Assembly (NCBI GenBank): GCA_001179505.1
Contig: CDMY01000257.1
Location: 62,001 to 126,000, forward strand
DNA: 64,000 nt
DNA from: Vitrella brassicaformis CCMP3155
Lineage: Eukaryota; Protista; Chromerida
Direction: 5' to 3'
Numbering within the stretch: position 1 is the first letter of the stretch; each line of letters begins with the position of its first letter. This document shows positions 59,737 through 64,000 of the stretch, piece after piece. Below the pieces are notes generated by a model, which was given only the letters and a program-made list of their open reading frames with translations, was not told the origin of the DNA and ran no database searches. Made by a program: the position numbers and the translations under genes.

Positions 59737-62700
59737 ATGAGTCAACGTCCTACGCCTCATTCGCTGAGATCCAGCAACCTCTTCTACCCCGCCCGCACCA
59801 TTGGCCTGGTGACCGACCGCATTCCCTTCCAGTACTCACAGATGGGCAACGACGCCTTCCTGGTGGTGAGCGTCGGGCGAGCATACCAGGTCATGGATGC
59901 CCGCAGGCTGCGGCTGGCCTACATCGGCCACCAGGGCGGCGACAAGATCAGGGCCATGTGTGCGGACAAGGAGACGGTGTTTGTGGCCGTCAAGCGGGAC
60001 ATCGTGGGCTACAGGCGGCTCAAGGAGGTGAGGAGGAGGGACTGGCTGGCAGATGGATGGATGGATAGATCAGCAGTGTGGATGCACTCGCCGTGCTCTC
60101 CCTGTCTGTGTATTTCAAGGTCCATCGGTTTTCGGGTCACCGCAAGTCTGCCAGCGGTCTGCATCTGTTTGGCAGGACACTCATGTCCTGGAATGAGAAT
60201 GAGCTCAAGTTCTGGGACCTTGACACAAGTACACGAGAGAGCAGAAAGAAGATGCCATCCGTCCTTCTGCTCATTGTACTCGTCTGTTTGTCCATTGTCT
60301 GCAGACGCTGAGGTTCCCTCCCCCGCCCTCCCCGCCGATTTCTCCATCTCGTGTCTGCTCCACCCGCCCACCTACCTCAACAAGGTCCTCATCGCATCCA
60401 CCGCAGGCGACCTGCAGATCTGGAACACCCGCACCCTCGAGCTCATCCACCACCTGACATGCATCCCCACAGCAACCACCGGCACCCGCGACACTGTCAC
60501 GTGTATGGTCACATCCCCTGCTTTCGACGTGGTGGGCGTCGGCTTTGCGTCTGGGCGGATCGTTGTGTGTGACATCCGGAAGGACGAGGTGCTGATTGAG
60601 TTCCGGCAGCAGCAGGGGGGCGTGACGTGTCTGGCGTTCCGATACGACGGCGTGGGAATGCTGGTCAGCGGGGCGACTGGGGGCGAGGTGGTGGTGTGGG
60701 ACCTCGACAAGCAGCAGTTCCACAGCACCGAGGAGAATGCGCATGCGGGGAGGGTCGTGCAAGCGACGTTCTCGTCTGACGGGCCGTTCCTCTTCACACA
60801 AGGTGCGTGTCGGACAGGGGAAGGTGTGAATCTGTGTTGCTAGAGTGTATTTGGCTGCAGGTGAGGACAATTCGATCGTCAAGTGGGTGTTCGACCGGGC
60901 GGACGGCGGCATGCGGGAGGTCAAGGCGAGAAGGGGACACATCGGGGCCGTCCACCACCTGGCATTCTACGGTCAGCGACTATCCTAACGCCCCTGGCGC
61001 ATTCACCAATTTCATCCATTCGTGTGTATTGGTGTGTGTCATCCTGCAGATGACGAGGGCAAGGAGCTTCTGTCGTGCAGTACTTTCGACAACAAGGGCA
61101 TACTCGGTAGGTAGCCGACGCACACACACATCACCGCACGAACACACACGAGATGTCTGTTTTGCTTATACCGTTCATTCAGGCAAGACGTCGTTCATCC
61201 AGCAGCACCAGAACCTCCATTTCAGCCAGAAGGCCCTCAGGAAGCGGCACGACAAGTGGAGCCCGCCCCATCAGCACCTGCCGCCCATCGTCGATGTGGC
61301 CTTTGCGTACTCACGGCACTTCGACTGGCCCAACGTCGCCACCGTCCACAAGGGTAGACCAGATCGGGGGCAGATCAGATCGTTCGTGTGCTGACAATGC
61401 GGTGTGGCTTCTTGCAGGTGAGCATGAAGTCTATCTGTGGAGCGGACACGACAAGACTCTCGTAAGTGATGGCGGACAGCACACAAAGCCATCCTCAGCC
61501 CACCTATCTCTCCCTCATGATCAGGTGCCGCGGACGCTCTCGCTTCGTCACGAGAAACAGCGGCCGCCCACCCTGCCCGCGGCCACAGCAGTGGCCATCA
61601 GTGGCTGCGGCAACTTCGCTGTCGTGGGCTACGAGGACGGCCAGATGCATCGCTATAACCTGCAGTCCAGCCTGCACCGTAACAGCTACTTGCGGAAAGA
61701 CAGTGACGTAAGCAGAGAGAATTATGTGCCGAATTGTGTGAGAGTATCGGTGGATGGGCATCTGTTGTTGTCTGTGCAGTGGTCGGATCGGGCCCACCGG
61801 TCTCGCGTGAGCCACGTGGCCATCCTGCACTCGCAGACGCTGCTGTCAGCCTCCAACCATCCAAAGGTACCAACAGGGACAAAGCCACCCAGTGGATCGA
61901 TCTCCTGTGTCACCTCCCCGTCTCTCTCTGGCCTTCCAGGACATTTGCCTGTGTGTGTGGAGCCTCCACAGCCACCAGCTGGAGCATGAGATCGCCATCC
62001 AGCCCACGACAGCACCGGCCGGCCCCGTCACCATGTTTCGCTGCATGGGGGTGCTCGCCGCTGTCGCACTCACGAGTGAGCGGGGGCGTTGAACACGTGG
62101 CAATGATATGGATCGGTCCATTCGGTGGTGTGTGTGTTGCTGTGTGTAGGTGGCGTGGTGTGTGTGGTGGACCTGCAGTCTGAGAGCGTTGTGAGAGAAT
62201 TCGGAGGGCTCACAACCGTCACGGACCTGGCATTCAGGTGAGCGATGACAATGCAGCGTCCTCAGGCAATGGAGCACCGTTTGCCCATGACGGTGTCTGT
62301 GATTCACTCAGTCCTGACGGTCGTTGGCTGGCGGTTGGTTGCATCGACAGCTGTCTGTACGTGTATGACCTGTTCGCCTCTTCCCTCATCGACTGGGTGC
62401 GCTTCCAGTCGCCCCCACTCGCCGTGGTCTTCGAACCGAACGGGGTCTTCCTTCTCACATCACACACACACTCCAAAGGTGAGCTCGGCTCGGCTAGTGG
62501 GGCCAAGGAACGTCGCTGCTTCTGATGCGCCTGTCTGTCTGTCTGTCTGTCTCTGTCTGTCTGTCTCTGTTTGCAGGTGGGACCTTCGTGTGGGCCAACA
62601 AGCACGTCTTCGACCCCTACCTGCGCGCCCCCCTCCTCAGTGGCGTCCCCACACAGCCCATCGACATTGAGGAGCCCACCATCACCAAGCAGGTCGCTGA

Positions 62701-63705
62701 CGATGAGGGAGAGGATCTGACCGAGGAGAAAGACGGGCAACAGGAGACAGATGGGGTGGAGCCGGCTCATGGCGACGAGGTCGAGAATGGGGGTGTCGTG
62801 GAGCCTCTGCACGAGGGCGCTCTGACGCTGTCGGGCGTGCCGCAGGGAAAGCTCCAGGCCATCCTCTACCTCGAACAAATCAGAGAGAGGAACAAAGTGA
62901 GAGCAAACAGACACGGACAAGCAAGCATGGCTTAGTACTTCTGCACTCTTCTCCCTTCCTTTGCCCTTCTCAGCCCCGCGAGCCGCCCAAGCCTCCGCCG
63001 AAGGCCCCCTTCTTCCTGCCCACTCGCTACGAAGGCGTCGACCTCAAATTCGCCCCCCTGGCTGCCGACGAGGCACTCGTCGAGGATGAGGAGGGAGGGG
63101 AAAGCGAGCGTGCTGAGCAACCAACTGCCAAGCGAGTGCGGCGGTCAGCGAGTGGGATGACGGCATTTCAGCGTCTCGTGAAGAAGGGCAAGTACGATGC
63201 GATGCTGAATGCGTTGAAGGGCATGACGCCCTCTGGGGTGCACGTGGCGTTGTCGCAACTGGGGCCGCTGGCAGGGGGGACGATCAAGGAAGTAAGGGAA
63301 GAGGGAGTGAGAGGGCAGTGAGTGCTGAGAAAATGGCACCGTTGTCGTCACGTGCAGATAATAAGTGTCTTGGGGTTCTTTGAGCACTACCTCGATCGTC
63401 GTGATGAGGCCGACCTGATCCAGACGCTGCTGTACACCTTCCTACAGGTAGGAATGCCACACGCAGCGACGGGACAGATGGGAAAGAGGTAGGTCAGTCA
63501 GCTTGCCCGCTCTTTGTGTCAGTTTCACCACCACTGGCTGTTTGGTGACCCCGACCCCTCGACCGACCCGAGCGAACACGCCGCTCTCATCGACGCCGCC
63601 AGCCGTGTTGTCAGCCGACTTGACGATGACTGGAAGGTGCTGGACCACCAGTTCCAGCACCTGTTCTGCTCTATCAAACTCCTGACACACCTGCAGGTGA
63701 GGTGA
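59737..63705 (+). CDS. UTP21: U3 snoRNP WD40 protein UTP21/WDR36 (multi-exon; may have one more short 3' exon near 63781-63849)
   Basis: SNLFYPARTIGLVTDRIPF; LLHPPTYLNKVLIAS; WD repeats (GEVVVWDLD, GEDNSIVKWVFD); AVAISGCGNFAVVGYEDG; FSPDGRWLAVGCID; LTLSGVPQGKLQAILYLEQIRERNK|PREPPKPPPKAPFFLPT; MTPSGVHVALSQL. Confidence 0.92.
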
Positions 63706-64000
63706 TAAAAAAACTGGCTGGTCGGTGCATGTTTGAATGCGGCCTCTGTGTGTCTTGTATCTTGTGTCTGCATCTCTGCAGATGGAGACTTAGAGAGTGA
63801 GCATGGTGTATGTGTTTTGCGTTGTCAGGGGAACGGATCGTGTGCATAGAGCGTGACGCATAAGGGGTGTGGTGAAATCCGCCATTTGACGTACGATTGC
63901 AAGAAGCGCGACTTGGTCTACATGAGACACATTCATTCGTCAGATATATGAATCGGAATGGTACAATAAGCAATGAGCATGAGTCAGACAGTCAAGTGGA

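Noticed and set aside
35777-63705. Two U3/SSU processome genes (Mpp10 and UTP21) in one window as a functional cluster
   Set aside because: They are 20 kb apart with unrelated genes between them, and the processome has dozens of genes. Chance is sufficient.

Overview
Eukaryotic, GC-rich, intron-dense genomic DNA with short GT-AG introns full of (GT)n/(AC)n/(GTCT)n/(GGAT)n microsatellites. Several proteins have bipartite signal-plus-transit leaders. The style fits a secondary-plastid alveolate such as the chromerid Vitrella, but that is inference, not a database result. About 17-18 protein genes were reconstructed by hand, almost all in head-to-head pairs. The main result is in the first 13 kb. 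A tandemly duplicated cassette (period about 5.75 kb) pairs a large (>1,000 aa) secreted, acidic, Cys-containing glycoprotein gene (- strand) with a divergently transcribed two-exon gene (+ strand), the start codons only about 65 bp apart. The small gene encodes a 108-110 aa precursor: signal peptide, propeptide with a dibasic site, and a C-terminal six-cysteine peptide (CC-x2-C-x8-C-x3/4-C-x3/4-C). A third, orphan copy is near-identical to the second over promoter, signal, propeptide and intron, but hypervariable between the cysteines. The supplied ORF track misses these peptides because they only appear after splicing. The rest holds a coiled-coil protein, a ureidoglycolate hydrolase/lyase-family protein, an IWR1/SLC7A6OS-like protein, an EF-hand protein, a giant (~16 kb) DUF3638/DUF3645 helicase-like gene with EF-hands, Mpp10, a PHO80/P-type cyclin, ~8.5 kb of microsatellite-rich non-coding DNA with a 300-N gap, a probable plastid protein, a membrane PAS protein, a MYND-finger gene and UTP21/WDR36. 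No rRNA, tRNA, CRISPR array or recognisable transposase was seen.
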